Source of the DNA: a virus
Length of the DNA stretch: 64,000 bases
IMG/VR virus record: IMGVR_UViG_3300037193_001286
Location: 9,859-73,858 of that record
Direction: 5' to 3' (one strand)
The notes beneath the pieces were generated by a model. It made no database searches and was not told the DNA's origin. It saw nothing but the letters and a program-made list of their open reading frames with translations. Position numbers and translations under genes: made by a program. Shown piece by piece: positions 29,136 to 38,167 of the stretch. Each line of letters begins with the position of its first letter. Positions within the stretch are counted from its first letter, which is position 1.

Positions 29136-29884
29136 TGAACGATGATAACGACAACGTCACTCCCTTCCAAAAACGGAAACGGAAAACCCCTCCGGAGTAC
29201 GGGCGACTGATTCCACCAGCAAGCAACGACCCCAGAGACCTTCTGATGGGGAGGATCATCGATCAGCTCTATCACCTGCAAAATCGCGTTGCATGGCAAG
29301 AGAGGATCAGCCTCGTGCTGTTTATCGCACTCGTTCTTGTGTCGTTAGGTGATGTGCTTCGGCTGATTGACAGGTGGCTGAAATGACAGAGACCGCAGAT
29401 CGCGTAAGTTTCACCGAAAATGGCACGCTCGATGAGATCGTCGCCTCGCGCGGCGCGCACTTAGAGCGCGTCGGCAAAAGCGAATGGTTCCTGACCTTCG
29501 GTCATGGTGACGGATCGGAGACAGCGCTCTGGTTTACATCGAAGGATTTGGTTCGGCCGAATTTGGAGAAGCGTGCACCATGACGATGGATGTGATCCGC
29601 GAAACAGCGACCACGGCATCGCTTTTGGCCATGGTCATGTATGCTCTGTTTCAGCTTCGAATTAACCGCCTGATGCGCAAACGGATCGAGCTGCTTGAGA
29701 TGCTGGTATACTGGCAAGGACAGTTCAATGATGGGACATCGCGAAAGAACGAAGGCGGCTGAGACGGCCGTCTTCTCCGATTGGCGCAAGGTGACCAAAT
29801 ACATGCGGAAGCCTCGCCGCGTGCACTACTGGAAGAAGCTGTTCTCACGGCGCGTCCGCAGGGAAGCCAAGGCGGAACTGCGCG

Positions 29885-30106
29885 ATGACCGATAGATTCT
29901 ATTTCAAGGAGTGGCGCAAGTTCGCCGGGCTCTCGCAAGAGGAGGTGGCGCGCGAGCTGGGAATGAAGCGCCAGACACTTTCTCGCATAGAGAGCGGGCA
30001 AGCTGATTGCTCCATCAGTTTTGTGAAGGGGTTCGCCGATCTGGTCGGATGTCGGCATTTTACCGATCCCCTCACGCGCCCGCCTGACGGTCGTCCTGAT
30101 GACTGA
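29885..30106 (+). CDS. XRE HTH protein, paralogue of the CI-like repressor at 54.4 kb
   Basis: FKEWR...GLSQ..VA...G....LSRIESG...FA..VGC...D.L.RPP. Confidence 0.8.
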   Translation: MTDRFYFKEWRKFAGLSQEEVARELGMKRQTLSRIESGQADCSISFVKGFADLVGCRHFTDPLTRPPDGRPDD

Positions 30107-30628
30107 GCGCGCGGCATTCTGGATTTCCGTTGCCATCGCCCTCGCCCTGGTCTTTTTCTTGGCTGCCGCCGCGCTATGATGGGGCGTCATGAACCTCGTT
30201 CGTACCCAATCGATGCCGCCATTTGACCTGAAGGTCTATTATCAACGGCGGCACCACCGCTTCATCGTGCAGGTGTCGCATCAAGACGGCCGGAGCATCG
30301 TCGAGCACGTCGATGCGACCTATGAGCCGGTGGTCGGCATCGACTTTTCAGACAATGAAGAGATCAGCCTCGTGGCTGAGGAAATCTGCCGCCGCATGGA
30401 GCAAGGCGCGCAATGAAGTCTATCCGTGAAATCATCGCTTACAACAAGGAGCGGATGAAGGACTGCGAGGATGAGATCGCTCGCATCCAGAAGCTGCGCG
30501 AGAGCAAGGCTGTCACGACCGATGATCACGACAAGTGGATCGAGGGCTGGCGCGAGACGCGGGCGTTCTGCCGCGACACTATCGCCTATCTGACGACTCT
30601 TGAGCACTTCCAGAAGGCGTTAAAGAAG

Positions 30629-30660
30629 AAGCCCCCAAGCGGCGGCAACCGTGGGGGCTT
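30629..30660. terminator. Probable bidirectional terminator between convergent operons
   Basis: AAGCCCCCA...TGGGGGCTT inverted repeat. Confidence 0.6.
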
Positions 30661-30665
30661 CAACA

Positions 30666-31997
30666 CTACTCGTCAGTAGCTTCCTGTAGCACCGGCTGGC
30701 CGATGCCTTCGGCAGCTGCGATGTATCGCAGGATGCCTTCAGAGAAGCCGTCGATGTGCGTCCAGCCATTGCCGTAACCGACGCCGTTCCGGTAGGAAGC
30801 GACGTTGATCATGTAGGCACGATCCGCACGCGGCGGCGGCACAACGTCTGCCGTCTGCTCATCGGAGATGACGATCAGGCGGTCATGCCACTCACGGTTC
30901 GCACGCTCGATGGCCCTACCAAGATAGGTGCCCATGTGCATCTGCGAGCTGATCACCGCATCGACGCCAGCCATGCCGCGACGCGCCGGGACTTCCTTGA
31001 TGTCATTCGAGAACGAAAACACCCGCAAGTCGCCGTTGATCACCGACGCCAGAGCGGCGGCGGCATCCATCCGCATCATGTCCGAACGCTGCGATAGCCG
31101 CGTGTTCATCGAGCCGGAGACATCGACGAGGACAATCGTCTTGCCCGGCAGCTCGACGCCTTCAGACACCGCCTCGACCAGCGCCTGATCGATCACCCCT
31201 TCCAGCTGCGGCGCGGCGCGAGCGGCAGCAACGTAGCGGAACGGGAAGACCATCTTGGCACCACGGCGAGCAAGGATCGCCTCCTTGACCAGATCGAGGT
31301 CGGCACCTGCCTCGACCATGTTGCGCAGGTTGCGCAACAGAGCGAGGTAGCCGATCTTCCCCTCCCGGATCAGGCGTTCGAACGTCTCCTTCTTGTCGGC
31401 ACCCCCGGACAGCGCGACTTCCCACGTATCCGGCGTCACCAGCTCACGGTTGGCGAGCCGCTTGTAGAGCGATTCACGCTCCGGCGTCTTGCCCTTGGCG
31501 TGCGACAGGAACAGCACGTCGCGAAGGCGGACCATGCCGTCACGGTCATACTTCGCCAGCGAATACTCGTTGAACTTGTCGAAGGCAGCAGCCAGCCCGC
31601 GCTTCATCTGGGCGGACAGCGGACGCTTGCCGCCACGCCAGTAGAGCGCAACCAGTTCTGCCAGCTCATCCGGGCGCGTGATCGTCGCGGTGATCGCCTC
31701 GGCAACGCCGGGACCGCCTCGACGGACCAGATCGAGAAGCAGCATCAGTGGTGCATGGCGAAGGCCGTGGACGGTACGCGCCTCGACAGCGAGCGCCGCA
31801 ACGTCGTCCTTCTTCACCTTCTCTGCGGTCACCATGATGCGGTCGGCGATGGTCTCCCCGTCCTCGTAGAACTGGTTTTCCCATAGGAGACATGCGAGCA
31901 CGGACCGGCGCAGCTGCAAGATCGGCGAAAGTCCGCCGACAGCGCGAGCGCCCTCGTGGGTGAACTCAGTCTTCCGGATTGGCTTGTTGGTGCGCAT
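30666..31997 (-). CDS. rsr: Ro60-related TROVE/vWA RNA-binding protein
   Basis: LRR.V..CLLWE..FYE, RPDEL, F.EY.LAKY, TWE, ALLRNLRN, PFRY and vWA DVSGSM motifs; start re-assigned to ATG 31997 with an AAGGA RBS. Confidence 0.93.
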   Translation of the reverse strand: MRTNKPIRKTEFTHEGARAVGGLSPILQLRRSVLACLLWENQFYEDGETIADRIMVTAEKVKKDDVAALAVEARTVHGLRHAPLMLLLDLVRRGGPGVAEAITATITRPDELAELVALYWRGGKRPLSAQMKRGLAAAFDKFNEYSLAKYDRDGMVRLRDVLFLSHAKGKTPERESLYKRLANRELVTPDTWEVALSGGADKKETFERLIREGKIGYLALLRNLRNMVEAGADLDLVKEAILARRGAKMVFPFRYVAAARAAPQLEGVIDQALVEAVSEGVELPGKTIVLVDVSGSMNTRLSQRSDMMRMDAAAALASVINGDLRVFSFSNDIKEVPARRGMAGVDAVISSQMHMGTYLGRAIERANREWHDRLIVISDEQTADVVPPPRADRAYMINVASYRNGVGYGNGWTHIDGFSEGILRYIAAAEGIGQPVLQEATDE

Positions 31998-32061
31998 GAT
32001 CGAAATTCCTTTGGTTGGCCTACGCCACCGTGGGTTTTCCATCAGCGCCCAGGAGGAAGGT

Positions 32062-32130
32062 GGGCGGGAATAATCGCCAGACGGTCTGGACATCATTTCA
32101 AGTGAAGTAACCGTCAGCTTCGCCACGCCC
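32062..32130 (-). ncRNA. Y-RNA-like element D (short, about 69 nt)
   Basis: GGGCG/CGCCC terminal stem, UGGCGAAG...AUUCC motif, GACGG/CCGUC helix, UACUUC. Confidence 0.75.
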
Positions 32131-32139
32131 GTTTTCCGG

Positions 32140-32246
32140 TCCAGCGGGAACTATCGATACGGTCACATGCCTGATTTGAACAGGCACCACCCGGCTTAAA
32201 GCCGATGGTTCATCCACGAAGTATCCGTATCTTACGCCACGCCGGA
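32140..32246 (-). ncRNA. Y-RNA-like element C (about 107 nt) with a T-arm-like hairpin
   Basis: UCCGGCG/CGCUGGA stem, UGGCGUAAG, UACGG/CCGUA, UACUUC, GCCUG-UUCAAAU-CAGGC. Confidence 0.8.
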
Positions 32247-32254
32247 GAAAACGA

Positions 32255-32394
32255 AGGGTCTGGCGGGAATTGACGAAATCGGGCTTTTTGCTGTTGCTCT
32301 ACCGCTGAGCTAACCCCCTTTCGGGGGTACTGGATTCGAACCAATGACCTACAGTTTATGAGAAGTATCCGATCTCTTCGCCACGCCAGACCCT
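32255..32394 (-). ncRNA. yrlA: YrlA-type Y RNA with a circularly permuted tRNA domain (element B, about 140 nt)
   Basis: 11-bp terminal stem AGGGUCUGGCG/CGCCAGACCCU; GGCGAAG; T arm AUUGG-UUCGAAU-CCAGU precedes a GAAA-capped acceptor stem ACCCCC/GGGGGU and D arm GCUC-AGCGGUA-GAGC; next to rsr. Confidence 0.9.
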
Positions 32395-32411
32395 ATAAGA
32401 ATCTCCATAGC

Positions 32412-32483
32412 GCCAACGGGAATAAGCGGAAACGGTCTGGCTCTCTATTGACAAGAAGTAACCGTTACCTTCGCCACGTCAGC
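32412..32483 (-). ncRNA. Y-RNA-like element A (short, about 72 nt)
   Basis: GCUGACG/CGUUGGC stem, UGGCGAAG, AACGG/CCGUU, UACUUC, AUUCC. Confidence 0.75.
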
Positions 32484-32489
32484 AATTAA

Positions 32490-32518
32490 GGAGTAAATGC
32501 AAATTTGTCGGATTGCAA
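32490..32518 (-). promoter_or_regulatory. Putative promoter of the Y RNA-rsr operon
   Basis: TTGCAA-17 bp (containing CAAATTTGC)-TACTCC; predicted +1 near 32483 coincides with the 5' end of element A. Confidence 0.6.
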
Positions 32519-32588
32519 GCTTGTAATTACCTAATAGGCATATTATCACTATGTACAGAGACGGCCGCTGGGGCTGTCTTCGCTAATT

Positions 32589-33707
32589 TTGGAGAAACTC
32601 ATCGTGTCGGACGTAATCATTTGCGGCTTCGCCGCCACCATCCAGTACATCAATCCCAAAAATGTTGAATTCGATATTCACCCGGCAGCCAAGCTGTTTC
32701 CAGTCCCGACTTCGGAGGATCGCGCGGCGCTCAAGGCGTCGCTCGTCGAGCACGGTTTCAGCTCGACCAATCCGATCATCGTCTATGCGGATCGCAATCA
32801 GATCGTCGATGGACGGACACGCTGGGCCATCGAAAAGGAGCTGAAGCGCGACTTGGAAATCCCGGTTGCGTTCGTCCAATTTCCCGATGACGAAGCTGCA
32901 AAGCGCTTCGCGCTGTCGCAGAACCTTGGCCGTCGCCACCTCACCCGCGAGCAGCGCGACCAGATGATCAACGATCTCGTTTTCGACGGCTGGGCGGTCA
33001 AGGACTTGGCCGAGATGTTCGGCATCTCCGAATCGGCCGTCACCAAGATCACGACGGAAACCCGCGATCTCATCGAAGAAGAACGCAACAAGAAGATCGT
33101 CGCCCTTGTCGACGAAGGTAAAACGCAGCGCGAAGTGGCTGAGGAAGTCGGCGTCAACGCGGCGACCGTGAACCGCGTGTTGCAGAAACGGACAAAATCC
33201 GAAATCGCAACGGACGGCAGCTGGCTGAACAAAAAGCCCGCCGTCGAGCCTGTCGTCAAGCCGACCGAAATCGATCCGCTGAAGATCACCGCCGTCCAAG
33301 CCAAGCAGGACGAGAAGATCGAGCGTCAGGTCGCCAAGAAGGTCGAACAGGCTCTCAAGGTCGAGCGCAAGAAGCTCGACAAGGAATTCGACGTGAAGGT
33401 CCGCGAGGCTGCCGACGCCTTCGTCAACCAGAACATCCTGCCGGTCTATGGCAAGCGCATCGAGCTGGCCGAACAGATCATCGCCTCGCACAAGGGCGTC
33501 ATGACGAAGTCCCAGTTCCGCAAGGTGCTGTCTGTCCTTCACCCGGATTCGACGCAGGATGAGGAACACAAGAAGAAGCTCGCTGCTGTCTTCGACATGT
33601 TCAAGTCGCTGGAACCGGTGCTGATCGAACCCAAGACGGCCGAAATCGAGCCGCTGGCGGCAACCGTCGAAGAATTCACCGCCAAGAAGACGCGGAAGGC
33701 TGCATGA
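32589..33707 (+). CDS. ParB/Srx N-terminal domain protein with HTH domains
   Basis: HPAA.LFP, L..SL...G...PI, IVDGR.R and SQN..RRHLT..QR motifs; two HTH-like segments; start uncertain. Confidence 0.8.
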   Translation: MEKLIVSDVIICGFAATIQYINPKNVEFDIHPAAKLFPVPTSEDRAALKASLVEHGFSSTNPIIVYADRNQIVDGRTRWAIEKELKRDLEIPVAFVQFPDDEAAKRFALSQNLGRRHLTREQRDQMINDLVFDGWAVKDLAEMFGISESAVTKITTETRDLIEEERNKKIVALVDEGKTQREVAEEVGVNAATVNRVLQKRTKSEIATDGSWLNKKPAVEPVVKPTEIDPLKITAVQAKQDEKIERQVAKKVEQALKVERKKLDKEFDVKVREAADAFVNQNILPVYGKRIELAEQIIASHKGVMTKSQFRKVLSVLHPDSTQDEEHKKKLAAVFDMFKSLEPVLIEPKTAEIEPLAATVEEFTAKKTRKAA

Positions 33708-34108
33708 TGCGCGCGATCCTGATCGATGCCGTCGAAAAGACGGTGACAGAAATTGACATGGACGGGAAGCTTCAGAGCCTTTACCGGCTGCTTGGCTGCA
33801 ATCTGGTCGAGGCAGTGGAGCTGGATGATCGTCATTCCCTCTGGGTCGACGAGGAAGGCTTGATGGTCGAAAATCCCGGCCCGTTCTTCGCCTTCAAGGG
33901 TGGCGAGCGCCCCTACCCGTTCAAAGGCGTCATCCTTGGTGACAACCACCAAACTGGAAGCAACACCGATGCCGTCGTTCCGCTGGACGTCGTCCAAAGC
34001 GTGATCGAATGGCCCGATGTCGAGTTTGCCGGTTTCGAGGAAATCAATGAACCCGGCATTCTTTACGGCGTGCGGGCGGCATTCAGGGACAAAGGGGCGG
34101 ACGAATGA
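33704..34108 (+). CDS. DUF3846-like protein
   Basis: LQ.LY...GC..VE.V and L.VDEEGL motifs. Confidence 0.6.
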   Translation: MMRAILIDAVEKTVTEIDMDGKLQSLYRLLGCNLVEAVELDDRHSLWVDEEGLMVENPGPFFAFKGGERPYPFKGVILGDNHQTGSNTDAVVPLDVVQSVIEWPDVEFAGFEEINEPGILYGVRAAFRDKGADE

Positions 34109-34271
34109 AAGCGATCATCTGTCTCTGCGCCGTGATCGTCACGGCCATCGCCATCTACTTCTTCTGGCAGGATCGCGCCGAAAAGGCGGCTTACGCCAAG
34201 AATGAAATCTGGCGGAAGCACGATCAAGCGGTCCGGGGCCTTGAAGAGGCCTACGGCATAGATTTGGACAA

Positions 34272-34538
34272 ATGAGAATGAAGAGATTCCTCATCGCTGC
34301 CGCAGCGATTCTTGCGGCAACTGGCGCATATGCCGTCGATACCTACGAGATCGAAGTCGCCGCCGACGATGAACTGTTCATCATCAACGGCGAGCGGTTC
34401 GAGTCGAAAACCTACTGCCTCGGATGGGAAGAAGGCGAAGACGTGATCTTCATCGACGGTAGCGCGAACGGCGTCTGCCTCTCAGCCGAACTCTACAATT
34501 TGAATCGCAGGGAATCCTGCGAAGTCTGGTGCGAATGA
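34272..34538 (+). CDS. Small exported Cys-containing protein
   Basis: Signal peptide; DE.FIINGE.F..KTYC...CEVWCE. Confidence 0.7.
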   Translation: MRMKRFLIAAAAILAATGAYAVDTYEIEVAADDELFIINGERFESKTYCLGWEEGEDVIFIDGSANGVCLSAELYNLNRRESCEVWCE

Positions 34539-34570
34539 TTACTGTCGCACCTAAATCAACAAACGAAATG

Positions 34571-34593
34571 AACCGCCTTCGGGCGGTTTTTTT
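34571..34593. terminator. Rho-independent terminator
   Basis: AACCGCC-TTCG-GGCGGTTTTTTT. Confidence 0.85.
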
Positions 34594-36199
34594 ACGCGAT
34601 CAGCGCGTCGATATCGACCGAGTTTTCCGTCTCAAGCTTCAGTGCCGCAATCGCCATGATCGCCGCCACGGCAGGGTCTATGCGCCCGGTGGACTTCGAT
34701 TTTTCCGGCTTGCGGTTGTTCGCGGCGTCGAAAGCGACCACGACGTTGGACATCGCCCAGCGCAGCACCGGATGCCCGCCATGGCGGATGCGCCCCTGTA
34801 GCGCCAGCTCCTCGACCAGATCGAGCGACGGCCCCATATCCTTGAAGCCTTGGCCGTGGCTCATCAGCGGTATGATAAGCCCCTGCCGCGCCAAGGATTG
34901 CCGGAAAACGTCGATCCGCCAGCGGTCGTAAGCGATCTTGTGGAACGGGATCGTCTTCGACAGCTCGCCGATGTCACGCGCAAGGAAGTCGTAATCAAGC
35001 GCCTCGCCCGGAACCGGGATCATCAGATCGCGATCCGCCCATGCCCGGTATGGCGCACGGTCGCGGATGGCGCGCGCGTCGAGCGTATCATTCGGCGTCC
35101 AGATGCGCGGCATCAGATGGATGATGCCCTCGTCATCCTCGACCGCCATCACCAGCGCCGAAAGGTCCACCCTCGCCGACAGGTCGAGGCCCGCGCCGAC
35201 TTTGCGATCCGAATAGAACAATGCCTCATTGATTGCCTCATCCCCCCTCGCCCAGACCGCCTGAGTGAGGAATGGAGCTTTAGCCTGGACGCGCTGGTTC
35301 AGGTACAGATTGCGCACCGACGCTTCCAGCGCGGGCAGCTTCACGGCGCGGCCCATCATCGTGCGGAACTCGTCGATGTCGCGATAATCGCCCAGTGTCG
35401 GATTGGCCTTCAGCCACTGCTTTTCGTCGAGCAGCTTGCACTCTGGATCGGCGGCATAGAGGTGAACCGTGAAGGTCTCGTCCTCGATCACGCCCGCCTT
35501 CACTTTGAGGCCATAGTCGATCAGTTCGGAAAGAAGGTGCTCATCGCTCGCCGCTTGCGTCGAAATAACCATCATCAGCGGCTCGACCTGCGATCCAAGC
35601 GACGTCATCAGCGCGTCATAGAGCGCCGAATTCTTCGACTGGGCCAGCTCGTCATAGATCACGAAATCCAGACCCTCGCCGAATGCGCCACCGGCATCCG
35701 CTGAGATCGCCGTGTAGGTCGAGCCGTCCTCCTTGTGGACGATCACCTTCGACGAGTTGATCACCTTCAGCTTCTTCATCAAGGCGCGATTGCGGAAGAC
35801 GATGGTCGCGACCAGGCGGTGGATGATGCCAGCTTGCTTGCGGGTCGTCGCGGCGCTGACGATCGTCGAGTTCGGCTTCTTGAATGGACCGACCAGGTGC
35901 AGCAGCAAGATCACCGCCGCAAGCAGCGATTTCCCAGCGCGCCGGCCGACTGAAAGTATCCCTTGCCGCCTTTTGCGCCGCCCATCCTCTGTTCTGGGGT
36001 TATAGACGTCCCGGATGAAGTCGATCTGGAACTGTCGAAGGCGAAGCGGCTGGTTGACATATTTACCGGCCGGGACGACCAGCGAATGAGCGAACGCGAT
36101 GGCCAAGCCCGATGGCAGATCCCAGTCCTCTTTGGGAACGTCCAGCGCCTTCATGCGTCGATGCCGGAGTTGCCGTTTGTCCTTCACGATCTGGTCCAT
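34592..36199 (-). CDS. terL: Terminase large subunit
   Basis: Walker A GRRAGKS, Walker B IYDE, ISTQ, GLDLS..DL.A, YDRW and RIDP.VA motifs. Confidence 0.95.
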   Translation of the reverse strand: MDQIVKDKRQLRHRRMKALDVPKEDWDLPSGLAIAFAHSLVVPAGKYVNQPLRLRQFQIDFIRDVYNPRTEDGRRKRRQGILSVGRRAGKSLLAAVILLLHLVGPFKKPNSTIVSAATTRKQAGIIHRLVATIVFRNRALMKKLKVINSSKVIVHKEDGSTYTAISADAGGAFGEGLDFVIYDELAQSKNSALYDALMTSLGSQVEPLMMVISTQAASDEHLLSELIDYGLKVKAGVIEDETFTVHLYAADPECKLLDEKQWLKANPTLGDYRDIDEFRTMMGRAVKLPALEASVRNLYLNQRVQAKAPFLTQAVWARGDEAINEALFYSDRKVGAGLDLSARVDLSALVMAVEDDEGIIHLMPRIWTPNDTLDARAIRDRAPYRAWADRDLMIPVPGEALDYDFLARDIGELSKTIPFHKIAYDRWRIDVFRQSLARQGLIIPLMSHGQGFKDMGPSLDLVEELALQGRIRHGGHPVLRWAMSNVVVAFDAANNRKPEKSKSTGRIDPAVAAIMAIAALKLETENSVDIDALIA

Positions 36200-36209
36200 G
36201 GATCAAAGC

Positions 36210-36674
36210 TCAATCCCCGGCACCATCCATCAGCCAACCCATCTCGTCATCGGGATCGACTTTCGTCGCCATGATCCGCTGGCGAGCGACCGGCGACAGC
36301 CCCAGCTCCGCGCCGCAGGCATGCATCTCCCGCTGTAACCCGTTCATGGCCGAAAGCAGCGGATGTTTGATCACCCCTTGAGGCGTCTTCACCAGCATCC
36401 CATCCGCCTTGACCGCCTCGTCAGCCTCCCGCCACCTCGCCCAAGCGACCACGTACCTCTCCATGATCGACGTGTCGGCCCTGGCGAGCACTCCGGCCGG
36501 TAAAGAGGCGACAACGAAGCGCCAAAGTGCCTTTTCGGTCGGCGTGAGATGATCTGGTGGTTCCAACGTGCCAACGCCCTCGATGCGTGGTCCCTGGCCC
36601 TTTTTCCCTACATGGGAGCGGTCGCCCTCGCTTTCCTTGACGATTGCGAGCTTTGGTTTGCGTCCTTGCATCAC
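36210..36674 (-). CDS. terS: Terminase small subunit (P27 family)
   Basis: GRKPK, PP.HL, KHP and ELGLSP.AR.R motifs. Confidence 0.92.
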   Translation of the reverse strand: MMQGRKPKLAIVKESEGDRSHVGKKGQGPRIEGVGTLEPPDHLTPTEKALWRFVVASLPAGVLARADTSIMERYVVAWARWREADEAVKADGMLVKTPQGVIKHPLLSAMNGLQREMHACGAELGLSPVARQRIMATKVDPDDEMGWLMDGAGD

Positions 36675-36769
36675 TGATACCCGTCAAAATGCGTTTTTCC
36701 TCATATAGGGCTACAGGTTACCGGAAAGGCAACCATTTCGCCAAATAGGGCCAAAAAGATTTTCCCGAA

Positions 36770-36870
36770 AGTGGTAGTTGTTGGGGGCCGCCGGTCCCGG
36801 CCGGGGTATATGACGTTTTGCTAATACCCCCCCCCTCCTCCGCCCTGGTTGGCGGCCGTCCCGCCTGCCG
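36770..36870. other. Probable cos (genome end) region
   Basis: GC-rich non-coding gap between HNH and terS with a C9 tract and short palindromes; the usual cos position in HK97-like HNH-terS-terL phages (inference). Confidence 0.6.
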
Positions 36871-36919
36871 TTCGACGATCGTCGAGAGGCCGGAGCACTT
36901 CGAGCCTTTCGGCCTAGGC

Positions 36920-37297
36920 CTATCGGCCGCTATGCCGCCTCTTTAGCCGGGCTTGCGTTGTCGGATCGATTGGAGCGGGACGGTTGACCGTGTCGATTGC
37001 GGCCGTGTTGTCGGATTGGTTCCATGGGTGATTAGGATCGATAGGCATGCCGGACTCGTCGCATGCTCCGGCTAACGTGCCACGGTCATAAGCGGCCGTA
37101 AGGACTCCATGGTGAAACTTGCATAACGATTGCAGATTGGACGGATCGAGTCGGCGATTAGGCGCATTCTTGACCGTGACAATATGGTCCACAAAAACCG
37201 CACGCTTTCCGCATCCTTTAACGACGCATGCAGGATTGTGCTTTAGATGCTTTGCCCGGAGTCGGTTCCATTCTTTGCTCTGGTAAAATCCCGGCAT
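36920..37297 (-). CDS. HNH endonuclease (terminase-associated, HK97 gp74-like)
   Basis: FY.S.EW..LR, P.C, VDHI and NLQSLC..HH motifs. Confidence 0.92.
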   Translation of the reverse strand: MPGFYQSKEWNRLRAKHLKHNPACVVKGCGKRAVFVDHIVTVKNAPNRRLDPSNLQSLCKFHHGVLTAAYDRGTLAGACDESGMPIDPNHPWNQSDNTAAIDTVNRPAPIDPTTQARLKRRHSGR

Positions 37298-37321
37298 TTC
37301 ATCAAACCTGCAAAATAGGCC

Positions 37322-37350
37322 TTGCTATTCGTCAAACTTGCCTTTATGTA
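37322..37350 (+). promoter_or_regulatory. Island promoter P1
   Basis: TTGCTA-ttcgtCAAACTTGcctt-TATGTA; repeated at 38168, 39215 and 40587. Confidence 0.75.
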
Positions 37351-37388
37351 CATGGTCAACAACAACCACACACATAAGAGGCAAGGCA

Positions 37389-37871
37389 ATGATAACCGCT
37401 CAAGAGCTAGTTAACCGTGAAGTGCACTATTGCGTTTCCAGTCTCGTTTCCACGCTTGCCGGTGGCTATTCGGTAGTTGACCATAAAGCCCGCGACCTAA
37501 GCGAGCTTACCGAGCAAGCGGCCGAATTGTGCTACCCCATAGACGATTACGAGGAAGCCGCTATTCAAGCCGGTTGGACTCGCAATGCGCATAACGGCAT
37601 GTTCGTTGCGCCTACCGGGCATGAGCCACGCATGGCCGATTATGACGATTGGCGCGAGCTTTGCGAAGATAACGACATTGAACCGTATCAGCGCGAAGTG
37701 TTCGAACACTGGATTGTGTCAGATTGGTTTGCGGACAAGCTCGCCGAAAAAGGCGAAAAGGTCGACAAGGACTTTGCCGGTTTGACCGTTTGGGCACGTA
37801 CCACGACGGGACAAGCAATCTACATGGATAGCGTCATTGAAACCATTCACGCGGAATTGGTTGCGCGCTAA
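37389..37871 (+). CDS. Island hypothetical protein
   Basis: GGCAAGGCAATG leader; E.FEHWIVS.W.A.KL...GE and VW.R.TTGQAI.MD.VI phage motif. Confidence 0.75.
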   Translation: MITAQELVNREVHYCVSSLVSTLAGGYSVVDHKARDLSELTEQAAELCYPIDDYEEAAIQAGWTRNAHNGMFVAPTGHEPRMADYDDWRELCEDNDIEPYQREVFEHWIVSDWFADKLAEKGEKVDKDFAGLTVWARTTTGQAIYMDSVIETIHAELVAR

Positions 37872-37907
37872 CGCGCGCGACTCTCTCTTATTAGGGAAGG
37901 CAAGGCA

Positions 37908-38153
37908 ATGAAGCGCTGGAATAACACAAACAAAGTTATCGTTTCGCGGGACGAAGTCGCACGGTTCAACAGTCAATGGCCGTGCAGCGAATTGCGCGAC
38001 TCGCGTTCCTATTGGTTTGAGTTTGACGACAATGGCGACTTAGTCGACCACGATGTCCCGCAACAGGATGACGGGACGGCGGCGCGCGCGATGGCGGACG
38101 ATTGCCGCGCATGGCTCTTCGATGACGACACTCCGGAATGGTCCGACAAATAA
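37908..38153 (+). CDS. Island hypothetical protein
   Basis: GGCAAGGCAATG leader; acidic, 81 aa. Confidence 0.7.
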   Translation: MKRWNNTNKVIVSRDEVARFNSQWPCSELRDSRSYWFEFDDNGDLVDHDVPQQDDGTAARAMADDCRAWLFDDDTPEWSDK

Positions 38154-38167
38154 TCACATTTGCCCTA

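Noticed and set aside
31998-32126. N-terminal extension of TROVE in the ORF track
   Set aside because: It overlaps Y RNA unit D; the RBS and family motifs support ATG 31997.
32290-32365. tRNA gene (TTCGAA T loop and D arm)
   Set aside because: The arms are circularly permuted, the acceptor stem is closed by GAAA and there is no CCA end. This is the YrlA domain, not a tRNA.
32062-32483. CRISPR array
   Set aside because: The repeats are bipartite and degenerate, pair around inserts of 18-80 nt, and no cas genes are present.
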